NCBI GenBank assembly: GCA_963578775.1
Contig: CAUZEG010000002.1
Span: 9,423-73,422, forward strand
Source of the DNA: Myxococcales bacterium
GTDB taxonomy: Bacteria > Myxococcota_A > UBA9042 > UBA3505
Direction of reading: 5' to 3'
DNA: 64,000 nt
Shown in pieces: positions 18,264 to 27,290 of this stretch. A program made the position numbers and the translations under genes. How positions within the stretch are numbered: the first letter of the stretch is position 1; each line of letters begins with the position of its first letter. A model generated the notes under the pieces. That model made no database searches. It saw only the letters and a list, made by a program, of their open reading frames with translations, and had not been told where the DNA came from.

Positions 18264-19458
18264 TATTTCGGCTACGCACCGAGACCATCAGGAATAAGAC
18301 GACCAACAGGGCCCATGGAATAGACCCCCGCGGGCCCCGCTTACATCCACCCGAGTCACCGCCAGGCCCCGTTGGCCCGGTCCATGGCGTCTGGTCCAGG
18401 AGTCCTGCCTCGCCGCCATAATGGTACCAGTCGAGGTCGCAGGCCACGGACTCCTCGTCGGTAGACGCACAGGTCGAGCCAGGGCCTCCTAGTTGCTTCA
18501 TAGAGAAGAGCGGAGTGTCGTCGGAACGCACAACGTCGAATGGACCGTTCAACCTCAACACACCATTCAATTGGCAGACATATACATAGGCCCCCACGGC
18601 CTGGAGGCACGTCCAATCCACTGTCGTGCCTTGTTGAATGGAGAAGGCGCTGCCGTCGTCCTGAACCAGAGCACTCTTCCCATCCGCGATGAGCACAAGA
18701 TTCGCCCCCAATTCGACCGGTCCCATAAGATTCTCGAAGACCTCGGTGGATGGGAGCCATTCATCATTTTCGGCCAACTCCGGATCCGAGCGTACCCGGA
18801 CTAGAATTCGTCCTTCAGTCGTACTCGCGACCAACCAGGCCGTACCGTCCTCTTCAATATGGCGTACACTCAAATAGCTCCAATCTCCGCCCAGGCTAGA
18901 ACTCGACGCAGACCAGCCCTCACTCGGCAGGCCCGTAGCGGGCAACGAGGCCTGCCATACCTGGGGTGTCGGTCGAGCCCCGGCTACCACGACCACTCCA
19001 GGGGCCCCGGCTTGAAGCACCAATGTGTCGGGTGCAAAGCCCAGCGCATCCGCATCACCCGGGAATATAGTCTCGATTCGTACCAGCCAATCCGAGCCAA
19101 AGCTGACGAGTGCACCCGAGTTCTCGTCTCCTCCAAGCACATAAAACCGGCTCTGCACCCAACCAACGTCTCGGGGATAACCAAGCTCTGCGGGCATCTC
19201 GACCTCGTCAAAGGTACAACCGCCGTCGCTAGACGCGCGGACAACGCCCCCACCCAACGACACCAGCTCAAGCCCATTCGACGACACTGCGAATTGCGCC
19301 ATTTCATAACCGCCCCAACGAGACGGACAACCATATCGGTAACTGCCATCCGCATTCGCATGCGCCAGGCCAATATTCAGCCGAATGAGATGGGGATAGG
19401 ACTCGTCCACAACCTGGTTGGCACGGCTATCCTCATTCGAATCCAACAAGATTTCCAA
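18235..19458 (-). CDS. BNR/Asp-box repeat beta-propeller protein with a C-terminal Cys + hydrophobic + Arg tail (MYXO-CTERM-like sorting signal). The true N-terminus probably lies upstream of the track's TTG start, to about 19575.
   Basis: Asp-box motifs SSDGGCTF, EEDGTAW and QDDGSAF. C-terminal ...GGDSGGCKRGPRGSIPWALLVVLFLMVSVRSR. The in-frame upstream segment encodes a signal-peptide-like LRRRALNAILGTIFCLWTTFVFAHGAAPAP with no ATG/GTG/TTG. Confidence 0.55.
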   Translation of the reverse strand: MEILLDSNEDSRANQVVDESYPHLIRLNIGLAHANADGSYRYGCPSRWGGYEMAQFAVSSNGLELVSLGGGVVRASSDGGCTFDEVEMPAELGYPRDVGWVQSRFYVLGGDENSGALVSFGSDWLVRIETIFPGDADALGFAPDTLVLQAGAPGVVVVAGARPTPQVWQASLPATGLPSEGWSASSSSLGGDWSYLSVRHIEEDGTAWLVASTTEGRILVRVRSDPELAENDEWLPSTEVFENLMGPVELGANLVLIADGKSALVQDDGSAFSIQQGTTVDWTCLQAVGAYVYVCQLNGVLRLNGPFDVVRSDDTPLFSMKQLGGPGSTCASTDEESVACDLDWYHYGGEAGLLDQTPWTGPTGPGGDSGGCKRGPRGSIPWALLVVLFLMVSVRSRNISLRGHQYH

Positions 19459-19529
19459 TGGGGCGGGTGCTGCACCATGGGCAAAGACGAATGTCGTCCA
19501 AAGACAGAAAATCGTACCAAGAATGGCGT

Positions 19530-21173
19530 TCAGGGCTCGTCTCCGAAGGCAAGCCCGCAGGACTCGAGATCCGAATTACAGGTTCCATCCAGTATATATG
19601 GCTTCATGCATTGGTAGAACCCCTCGTATTCCTCACTGCACGTTGCAAATACGCAGGTCTGTGGATTGTCACAGGTGGCAAAACAGGCGGACAGTTCTCC
19701 CAGCTCCGTGGGGCAAACCGGTGCTGCGCATGTTGCCATCGGCAAGGTCAGGCATTGTGCACAGTCCAGGCCGGAGTTGATGACGCATCCAAGGAAACAG
19801 GTGGAATCCTCACAACTGACAATACAACTATCCGCGCCCGTACAGACGGCCAGGTCCTCGTAAAACGGAAGGGCAACCGCCAGGTAGGCCAGGCACATCT
19901 CATCCCGGGTTCCATCGCCCCAGGAGACCAGCTTGGGCTCCTGCTGCTCCCCATTGACGACCGGCTGATTCTCTACACTATTGTCATAGGTACATGACAA
20001 ACGAACCACATCGTTGAGTTCGGTATCGAGATACGAGTCGTCAGGAAATGAATAGGCCTGCTGCCAGTTGAAATCCCAATCCGGGATATTAACCAGGCAA
20101 TGGCTTTGGTCGCCTCGAAGAAGATCGATACGAATTTCACTTCCCAGGGTGTGCATATGCGGGGTCACCGCGATAATGCGTCCGCCAGCTGGTACGGGGA
20201 AGTCTCGAACCTCCTCCCAGCTTGCTTCATGGGGCGGAATCGAGATGCCCAGATGAGGATACGGTAGGATCTCGACCAGATATTCAGGGGTCGTTCCGCT
20301 GGGCAGGGTCCAAAAACCAACCTGGGTCCGATCCGCCGGAGCCGGGCCTTCAAAGTTCAACACATTGAAATGCATCTGCATGACAATGCGGGATCCGGCC
20401 GGAATGCGAATGGCCATATTGTCAGGAAATACCTTTGGGACTGAGCCCGGAACCCAGCCACCAAGTGTCTCACCTGTACCTACGATGGGACTTCCAAAAC
20501 AGGTATAACCCGCACCTTCTTCCGCGGCATCCAGCTGTTCCATGGCAGCAATATCGTAGTCGGGAACAAGATATAGCAATACATGGTGCACCAGCTCGGC
20601 TTGGTCCGGAAAGACCCAGGAACTGGTCAAGAACGTATCTTCTTCAAAGGTATACGGCAGCGGTAGACAGCGATAATCGTCCGGTTTGTTTACATCGGGA
20701 GTGTAATCTACGCCCGCATCCAACATGAGGTCCGGCTCCCCAGTCGGTGCCGTGGGGCTGATGTCCGGGGCCACATAGTCGTCTGGGTTTCCCTCGAGCG
20801 TACCATTCTCCGCCCAGGTCGCCAGAGCATTGAGGTCTTCATCCGACAGGCCACGATGATCCGCGAGCGGATAGCAATCGTCGGCGGGCATCCATGGCGG
20901 CATTCTACCGGCCGAAGCGCTAGCACTCACAAGGTTCGCCATATCTCGGACTACTTCATAACTCGTCAGAGCGAACGGACCGATGCTGCCTTCCTGGTGA
21001 CAAGTCGTGCAATTTTTTTCCATAAGGGCGCGAATCGCCCCGTGGTAGGTGGGTCCGGTTGCCGTTGCATCGGTGGTTGGCTCCTCGGTTGAGGACTTCG
21101 TGCACGACGTCAATGTCGAGAGCATCGCTATCAGAACGATCACGACAGATAAAGCATGTGTTTTCTGATTCAT
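19530..21173 (-). CDS. Lipoprotein fusing an N-terminal c-type cytochrome domain (CxxCH) to a PHM/DBH-like type-2 copper monooxygenase domain, with a C-terminal Cys-rich repeat tail.
   Basis: Lipobox LSTLTSC. Heme motif NCTTCHQEG. CuH-like VHHVLLY and MQMHF. CuM-like VTPHMHTLG and DEMCLAYL, compared with PHM HHMLLFGC / HTHxLGK / EMC. C-terminal CxxxC-rich tail. Confidence 0.6.
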   Translation of the reverse strand: MNQKTHALSVVIVLIAMLSTLTSCTKSSTEEPTTDATATGPTYHGAIRALMEKNCTTCHQEGSIGPFALTSYEVVRDMANLVSASASAGRMPPWMPADDCYPLADHRGLSDEDLNALATWAENGTLEGNPDDYVAPDISPTAPTGEPDLMLDAGVDYTPDVNKPDDYRCLPLPYTFEEDTFLTSSWVFPDQAELVHHVLLYLVPDYDIAAMEQLDAAEEGAGYTCFGSPIVGTGETLGGWVPGSVPKVFPDNMAIRIPAGSRIVMQMHFNVLNFEGPAPADRTQVGFWTLPSGTTPEYLVEILPYPHLGISIPPHEASWEEVRDFPVPAGGRIIAVTPHMHTLGSEIRIDLLRGDQSHCLVNIPDWDFNWQQAYSFPDDSYLDTELNDVVRLSCTYDNSVENQPVVNGEQQEPKLVSWGDGTRDEMCLAYLAVALPFYEDLAVCTGADSCIVSCEDSTCFLGCVINSGLDCAQCLTLPMATCAAPVCPTELGELSACFATCDNPQTCVFATCSEEYEGFYQCMKPYILDGTCNSDLESCGLAFGDEP

Positions 21174-21243
21174 AGGGCCCTCGTCATGGATTTCATCGCT
21201 GCGATTCTAGTGGATCCACAGGCCGAAAACCAGCGAGATTTAC

Positions 21244-22575
21244 CTACAACCGCTCAATCTTGGGCGAACGGATGCCTGTCGTCAGGTTTCGAGCATCGAA
21301 GATCGCCTGAGAATGCTCTACGATAACGTTGGGTACAAAGCTCTCGTGATCCGTCAAGATTACGACCAGATCGGCTTGTCGCAGACTTCCTTCCGACAAC
21401 TCTACCGAACCGTACTCCTGGTCCCCAATCATAAGGGTGTCCACATGGGGATCATGGTACTTGATACTCGCTCCCTGTTCGACCAGTTCGGTCATGACAT
21501 CAACGGCCGGGGACTCTCGCACATCGGAGACGTTCTTCTTATAGGCAACCCCAAGAATCAGGACCTGGGCTGCACGCACGGCCAGGCCCCGATGGTTTAG
21601 CATGCCCGAAATCCGTGACACCACATGCCGAGGCATGGAGCGATTGATGTCATCCGCCAGATCAATGAACCGGGCCTGCGCTCCCTCTCCGCGCATTTTC
21701 CATGAGAGATACAAAGGGTCGACAGGTATACAATGTCCGCCGATCCCCGGCCCCGGATAAAAGGGCATATAGCCAAATGGCTTTGTGGCCGCCGCATCCG
21801 TCACTTCCCAGACATCGACGCCCAGGCCCTGGCAGATCAATGCCATCTCATTCGCAAGTCCGATATTTACCGACCGAAAGGTATTCTCCATAAGCTTTGT
21901 AAGCTCCGCCGTGATGGGCCGACCTACGCGGACAATCTGCTCCACAATGGTGCCATATAGGCTGGCACATAACTCCGTACAAGCGTCCGTAACTCCACCA
22001 ACGATCTTTGGAGTATTCGCGATCGTCCATACAGCATTCGCCGGATCCACACGTTCCGGACTCGACGCCACGAATACAGTGGACCCCACCTCGAAGCCTG
22101 CTGTTTCGACCATCGGCACCAGAAGCTCTTCCGTGGTCCCTGGGTAGGACGTGCTTTCCAATACAATGAGCTGCCCGGCCCGAAGATGAGTCGCAATCTG
22201 ATCGAGAGCTCCTCGAATAAAGGACATATCCGGATCCCTCGTCTTTCGAAGCGGGGTGGGCACGCAGATACTGATCGTGCTGGATTCACCCAGTCGGTCC
22301 ATATCGGTGGTGGCATGGAATCGACCCGATTCCACCGCGGCCGCTACCAATGCAGAGTCGATGTCGAGCACATAGGATTCCCCATTCCTAAGTGCCGCAA
22401 CCCGCTCTTCATCGATATCGAAGCCCAGTACAGAAAACCCGGCCTCTACAAAGTGCAAAGCCAGGGGCAGCCCCACATAGCCAAGTCCCACTACACCAAT
22501 ACAGGCCGAGCGATCATTCAGGGCAGCCTGTAGTGTTTCGAAGTAGTTGTTTTGTTTGCTCATGGCATCGCCCAT
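21244..22575 (-). CDS. UDP-N-acetyl-D-mannosamine/glucosamine 6-dehydrogenase (nucleotide-sugar dehydrogenase, WecC/WbpA family).
   Basis: N-terminal Rossmann motif IGVVGLGYVGLPLA. CVPTPLRKTRDPDMSF...LIVLESTSYPGTTEE, alignable to E. coli WecC. Catalytic GGHCIPVDP. Confidence 0.8.
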   Translation of the reverse strand: MGDAMSKQNNYFETLQAALNDRSACIGVVGLGYVGLPLALHFVEAGFSVLGFDIDEERVAALRNGESYVLDIDSALVAAAVESGRFHATTDMDRLGESSTISICVPTPLRKTRDPDMSFIRGALDQIATHLRAGQLIVLESTSYPGTTEELLVPMVETAGFEVGSTVFVASSPERVDPANAVWTIANTPKIVGGVTDACTELCASLYGTIVEQIVRVGRPITAELTKLMENTFRSVNIGLANEMALICQGLGVDVWEVTDAAATKPFGYMPFYPGPGIGGHCIPVDPLYLSWKMRGEGAQARFIDLADDINRSMPRHVVSRISGMLNHRGLAVRAAQVLILGVAYKKNVSDVRESPAVDVMTELVEQGASIKYHDPHVDTLMIGDQEYGSVELSEGSLRQADLVVILTDHESFVPNVIVEHSQAIFDARNLTTGIRSPKIERL

Positions 22576-22753
22576 CGTGGAGACTCTGGCCTAGCAATGT
22601 TATGCAACGTGCGCAAGATCAGGCTCCGAAACTCCGGCGGAGTTGACCGGGAAATGGATGACTCTGTGATTGGGGATTGGATCGCAAAACAAAGAAATGC
22701 CGGGCATCGTGGATGCCCGGCATTTCTGGTCTCACAGGCCTGAATCGGCGTGA

Positions 22754-25171
22754 TTAATTGCAGCTCGTGGAGCAGCCCTCGGCCGGAAGGCCAAGACCAT
22801 CCACTACATTGCCACATGAACCCGAATCACAGGTTCCGGTGGCTGCACAATCGGCAACACAACGGAAATTCTGGTTCAGTTGGGTACCGGTGTTCGAGCA
22901 GACATATCCAGATTGGCAGTCTGTATGAACTTCACAGGGTATGCAGGTGCTATCCAGGGGAAGGCACTTGTAGAGCGAGGCTGACAGGGCCGGGTCTTCA
23001 CGAGGAATCGCCACTTGAGCAAGACAGCCAGTTCCCGGAACATCCGAACAACTGGTAGCATCCGCCGGATCACAGAAAGTGCTGCAGACACCGCCAGCAG
23101 CGGTCTGTTCACATAACAGGCTCTTGCACTCGTAGTACGCTTCACAGGATTGGCCGGGAAGCTTGGAGGCCTGGGCACCATTGCTGTCCAGGTTGCTCAT
23201 GCACAGGAACTCCACTGTCGCCGCAACATCGGGGTTGCTGGCAATAGCGGTAGCGTAGCAGGTCTCGGAGGCCGCGTCACAGACACTCGTATCACCAACA
23301 CCCGCGGTCGCTGTCCCACAGTCCGACAAGCTCGAGGCCGGATCTTCTGGCCGACAGATGGAGACGTACAGGTCGTCTTTGACGTCCGCGCTTCCATTGG
23401 AAGAGAAACGAATCGCCTGGCATACACCGCTGGCATTGGCGGCTTCGCCATTCAGCATCTCGACATCGACCGGGCAATCGGCAGTGCTACTACATACGGA
23501 GAAGCAGCTTGGTACGGTCTCACCGTCACCACTCGTGTAGAAGTTCAAGCACATGCCATTAACACACCAGTTGCCTGTGTCCGCACCACATTTGTCGCCA
23601 TGGTCACCCGTGACGGCCGCATTCTCGGAAGAGGTGCAATAGAACTTGAATTCCGCACCACCGGCCGCAGCATCTACCTGCGTCGGCGTACAGAACTCGC
23701 CAGGCACGGTGCAGTCAGAATCTCCACCACACTCGGTCAAATCACCTTCGTGCTTAATGGGCTGACAGACATTCAAGGACATGAATGCATCACCGGCATC
23801 ACCGTAGAACTCGTTGTCGTTCAAATCGATGGGGAAGGTCTCCACACCACAGATCTGTTTGCCAGCGGCGCAATCGGTATCACTCAAACAATGCGTGCTG
23901 CACATACCGTTGGTACACCAGATCGGATTCTCACAGACGTCGCCGGGGAAATCATCATTGGAGTTGAAGTCACAGGCTGCGCCCACCGGAACGGAATTGT
24001 CGGGCTTACGCAGACAGATGTGATCCCAATCGGCCAATTCCGGGGTATCTTCGCCATTGTAGAAGGTGCGGCAGAAGAAGTTCGGGTCGACACAATCGTC
24101 GTTGATGTCGCAGTTCTTACCAAAGCAGGTTCCGGCTCGAAGTTCGGGGGGACCCGAGGAAAGCAGGAAGTCCTGCTCACAGAACCATGGTGAACAATCG
24201 GTAGCGTTCTCACAGGACGCCGCCGCGTTGTTGTCGCAAGAACCATCCGTGCAACCCACACCTTCCGGGAAACAGAGGCTATCATCGGAACCACAGGCTG
24301 CCGAGCAACCAATTCCGATGCCGAAGCAGAGTCCCTCTGTACAGTAGGCCAGGTCGGCGTTGTAGAAGATCGCAGGATTGTGCGGGTTGTTCTCACAGAA
24401 CTCGGATGCACCCTTACCACCCGCAATCGCCGTTCCACAATAGAAGTCCGTGATTCCAAGGATGGTGTGAATCTTACAAGCCTCGCCCACCGGACAATCG
24501 GAGGATACAGTACAAGATTTGAAATCGGTACCTGCAGTACACTGGGTGAAGTCTTGTTGCCCAGCCTGCGGATTCGTCACACGTACACATTTGTAGGCAT
24601 CGCCATAGGGGCCTGCCGGGGCCGCGCCAGCGCAAAGGCTGTCGCCATCTTCCACGCCATCCGGCACCGCGTCGCCATTAATATTGTTTACCGCGTCATC
24701 CGCTGCACTCATGGTGCATTGCTTGAGACAGACCGGCTCGCCAAATACCACATTGCAAGAGCCTTCGGCACATTGCTGGTCGAGGCATTGGAGGTAGGTT
24801 AACAGCGCATTCTGATCACTGAAATCTTCGGGTTCCTTATCTGCACATTCGGGTGATACGAAACACTCTTCACCGTATGCAACGGTTCCGACGATATCCT
24901 GCTCGCAGCTTCCCTGGGCGGTACAGGTAGCTCCCGGGCCACAAAGACCACAGATTCCACCGCAGCCGTCTGGACCGCAGGCTTTTCCATCACATTGGGA
25001 CTCGCACGTCGGTGTGTCTGTTTGCACATCTTCGGAAACATCCGGCGTGCCGTCATCCGTGCCTACCACGTCAGAAGTAACATCTTCTTCCGGTTTGGTG
25101 TCTCCACCGCAACCAGGAGCGACAATAAATGTCAGAAAACAAATAGCGAAAAGAAAACAACTGCGCTTCAT
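22754..25171 (-). CDS. Large extremely cysteine-rich secreted lipoprotein with tandem myxo-type Cys-rich repeats.
   Basis: Probable start is the internal ATG at 25171, with GGAGG 7 nt upstream, giving MKRSCFLFAICFLTFIVAPGCGG (lipobox). More than 100 Cys in recurring xDCxxGxxC / CxxGxC modules. Ends ...GCSTSCN. The ORF track extends it to 25216. Confidence 0.7.
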   Translation of the reverse strand: MKRSCFLFAICFLTFIVAPGCGGDTKPEEDVTSDVVGTDDGTPDVSEDVQTDTPTCESQCDGKACGPDGCGGICGLCGPGATCTAQGSCEQDIVGTVAYGEECFVSPECADKEPEDFSDQNALLTYLQCLDQQCAEGSCNVVFGEPVCLKQCTMSAADDAVNNINGDAVPDGVEDGDSLCAGAAPAGPYGDAYKCVRVTNPQAGQQDFTQCTAGTDFKSCTVSSDCPVGEACKIHTILGITDFYCGTAIAGGKGASEFCENNPHNPAIFYNADLAYCTEGLCFGIGIGCSAACGSDDSLCFPEGVGCTDGSCDNNAAASCENATDCSPWFCEQDFLLSSGPPELRAGTCFGKNCDINDDCVDPNFFCRTFYNGEDTPELADWDHICLRKPDNSVPVGAACDFNSNDDFPGDVCENPIWCTNGMCSTHCLSDTDCAAGKQICGVETFPIDLNDNEFYGDAGDAFMSLNVCQPIKHEGDLTECGGDSDCTVPGEFCTPTQVDAAAGGAEFKFYCTSSENAAVTGDHGDKCGADTGNWCVNGMCLNFYTSGDGETVPSCFSVCSSTADCPVDVEMLNGEAANASGVCQAIRFSSNGSADVKDDLYVSICRPEDPASSLSDCGTATAGVGDTSVCDAASETCYATAIASNPDVAATVEFLCMSNLDSNGAQASKLPGQSCEAYYECKSLLCEQTAAGGVCSTFCDPADATSCSDVPGTGCLAQVAIPREDPALSASLYKCLPLDSTCIPCEVHTDCQSGYVCSNTGTQLNQNFRCVADCAATGTCDSGSCGNVVDGLGLPAEGCSTSCN

Positions 25172-25323
25172 TGGAAGTACCTCCAAACGTTGCCTATATA
25201 GCAATATTCGTTGCACGGGAAAGTTACCCCTCGACTGAGGGAGCGCGCATCGTAGGCAGCTAGAACGTCCGTGTCAAGCCTCAATATAAGATTTTTTTCA
25301 ACCGGTGAATGGTATGGAGTCCG

Positions 25324-26175
25324 TCATTTACGGAGTACATCGAGAATGCGTGGTAAATCCCGGAAATTCACCGTCTGGCTGGTCCAGAGCTGCCATGCTT
25401 CCATGGCCTGTCCGATCAGCATCGGAAGTCCATCCGAGAGCGGTTTTAGCCCATATTGACGGGCCGTCTGCATGAATAGCGTATCCACGATCTTGGAGCC
25501 ATACACCAGATCCACAGCGGGTACTCCCGGGTAGGCCTGGAGCACGGGCCCCAGTACCCGTTCAATTATGTCCCGATCCGTATCTTCCAGCCCAAGAGAG
25601 GTACAGTGAACCACCAGGTCCAGTTTCTCGGATGAGTCGGAACGATGATACGGAACGATTCGCTTTACATCGAGATCGCAAATCCGCTGAAGTCGCTCAG
25701 AGCTCCGGTTGAAAACGAGAACCTGTCGTACGCCCCGGTCAAATAACGACGATACGACCGCCCGCGCCGCGCCGCCCGCTCCAAGGACCAGAACACGAGC
25801 CTCGTCCAGCTGTAGACCTAGATAGTCTAGCATCATCGCGAATCCCACCACATCGGTGTTGTGGGCAACGAAGCCCTCCGCAGTCCGAACCAACGTATTG
25901 GCCGCTCCGATCGTTGCTACATCATCGGACACGCCAGATACATGGGCCAGAATTCGTTCTTTGTAGGGTACGGTAACATTCACGCCAACCAGTCCCGGAA
26001 CCGTTAGAAGATCGGCTACCGCTGACCCCAGTTGTCCAGGCGCTACATCCCGAAGCTCGTAGCAAAACGACTTGGCACTCGTCTGTGCAAGGATCTCAAA
26101 AATGTCTGGAGAGAGAGAATGAGCAACCGGATGCCCTACTAGAACAGCCGTTGGTTCTACGCCCGACTCTCGCAT
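25324..26175 (-). CDS. aroE: Shikimate dehydrogenase.
   Basis: VGHPVAHSLSP, NVTVPYKE, NTD, and LVLGAGGAARAV (NADP Rossmann). Confidence 0.85.
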   Translation of the reverse strand: MRESGVEPTAVLVGHPVAHSLSPDIFEILAQTSAKSFCYELRDVAPGQLGSAVADLLTVPGLVGVNVTVPYKERILAHVSGVSDDVATIGAANTLVRTAEGFVAHNTDVVGFAMMLDYLGLQLDEARVLVLGAGGAARAVVSSLFDRGVRQVLVFNRSSERLQRICDLDVKRIVPYHRSDSSEKLDLVVHCTSLGLEDTDRDIIERVLGPVLQAYPGVPAVDLVYGSKIVDTLFMQTARQYGLKPLSDGLPMLIGQAMEAWQLWTSQTVNFRDLPRILDVLRK

Positions 26176-27128
26176 CAGCCCGCCTCGCCTTCCAACGCCG
26201 TACGGGCCGCGATTATATCTGCCTGAATCTGCGCCACCAGCGCATCCACACCGTCAAAACGTTTCTCTGCCCGTAACCGCTGTACGAACTCCAGACGCAC
26301 CGCCTGGCCATGGAGGTGCGGATGCTCTCCCTCCAACAGATGTACCTCTAGAACAGGCTTCCGCGTAGTCAGAGGTTCAAAGGTCGGTTTCTGGCCCAGG
26401 TTTGCCACCCCGGGAAACATTTGAAGCGGATTCGATTCGAACTGAACCATTACTGCGTACACTCCCAGAGCCGGGATTACCTGTTTTCTGTAATCAATAT
26501 TCGCAGTGGGTATACCGATGGTTCGCCCCCGCCCGTCCCCATGAACAACCGTTCCATAGACATCGTATGGCCTTCCCAACCAGCGGATAGCCCGATTCAC
26601 TTCCCCGGCTTGCAGCAACCGCCGCAGACCCGATGAGGAGATCTTTTCTGCACCATCAAGAACCGGATCCACCTGTATCACTTCAAAGCCGCTTTCTTGC
26701 CCACAGGTCCGTAAGAGCTCCGTATCACCGGCCCGGTTCTTCCCAAAACGAGTATCCGGACCCGCCACGAAGGTGACCGGGTGTAAGGGGCCCAGGATAA
26801 AGGTTTCCAGAAATTCCTTCGGGGACAACTCGGCAAGTTCCCTGGTGAACTCAATGACAATCACATGGTCTATGCCCGCGCTTTCCAGTTGCATAACCCG
26901 GCGCGATATTGGAACCAGTACCGGGATCTCTTGTTCGGGGCGTAGGACGTTCGCTGGGTGCGGGTCAAAGGTCAGAAGCACGGATGCGCAGCCGTGAGAC
27001 TCGGCTTGTTTAATTACCGCCTCCACCAACGCCTGGTGTCCCAGATGAAAGCCATCAAAATTTCCCAGTGTGACTACCGATGCGGCTAATTCCACCGGAC
27101 TGATATAGGACGAACTCTGGGTCATCAT
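26175..27128 (-). CDS. ribF: Bifunctional riboflavin kinase / FMN adenylyltransferase.
   Basis: GNFDGFHLGHQ (nucleotidyltransferase motif). C-terminal riboflavin kinase region GxVVHGDGRGRTIGIPTANI. Confidence 0.85.
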   Translation of the reverse strand: MMTQSSSYISPVELAASVVTLGNFDGFHLGHQALVEAVIKQAESHGCASVLLTFDPHPANVLRPEQEIPVLVPISRRVMQLESAGIDHVIVIEFTRELAELSPKEFLETFILGPLHPVTFVAGPDTRFGKNRAGDTELLRTCGQESGFEVIQVDPVLDGAEKISSSGLRRLLQAGEVNRAIRWLGRPYDVYGTVVHGDGRGRTIGIPTANIDYRKQVIPALGVYAVMVQFESNPLQMFPGVANLGQKPTFEPLTTRKPVLEVHLLEGEHPHLHGQAVRLEFVQRLRAEKRFDGVDALVAQIQADIIAARTALEGEAG

Positions 27129-27159
27129 TCACGCATCATATGAAGGGTAGTTCGACTTT

Positions 27160-27200
27160 TCTGGACCAAAAACACAGCGACCCCACCTTTCGGCGGGGTC
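27160..27200 (-). terminator. Candidate rho-independent terminator downstream of the tRNA pair on the minus strand.
   Basis: On the minus-strand RNA: GACCCCGCCGAAAGGUGGGGUC (9-bp stem with 1 mismatch, 4-nt loop, 27179-27200), followed by GCUGUGUUUUUGG (U-run = plus-strand aaaaa at 27168-27172). Confidence 0.4.
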
Positions 27201-27206
27201 GTTTCG

Positions 27207-27280
27207 GGTACCCCGTACGGGATTCGAACCCGTGATACCGGCGTGAGAGGCCGGCGTCCTAACCGCTAGACCAACGGGGC
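27207..27280 (-). tRNA. tRNA-Glu (anticodon CUC).
   Basis: Manual fold of the reverse complement: acceptor GCCCCGT/ACGGGGT (G1.U72), D-stem GTCT/GGAC, anticodon stem CCGGC/GCCGG with loop CUCUCAC (U33, anticodon CUC, A37), T-arm ACGGG-TTCGAAT-CCCGT. Similar to E. coli tRNA-Glu. Confidence 0.8.
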
Positions 27281-27290
27281 ACAAACAAAG

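Noticed and set aside
19530-19578. Possibility that the monooxygenase and BNR ORFs are one frameshifted gene (shared readthrough near 19558-19575).
   Set aside because: Both frames have their own in-frame stops (TGA-equivalent at 19530, TAA at 19576). The BNR-frame segment reads as an N-terminal signal peptide rather than an internal linker. It is kept as an alternative only within the start-codon finding.
23150-24193. 347-aa plus-strand ORF.
   Set aside because: It is antisense to the Cys-rich lipoprotein gene. Its product is Gly/Thr/Arg-rich low-complexity sequence, typical of shadow frames.
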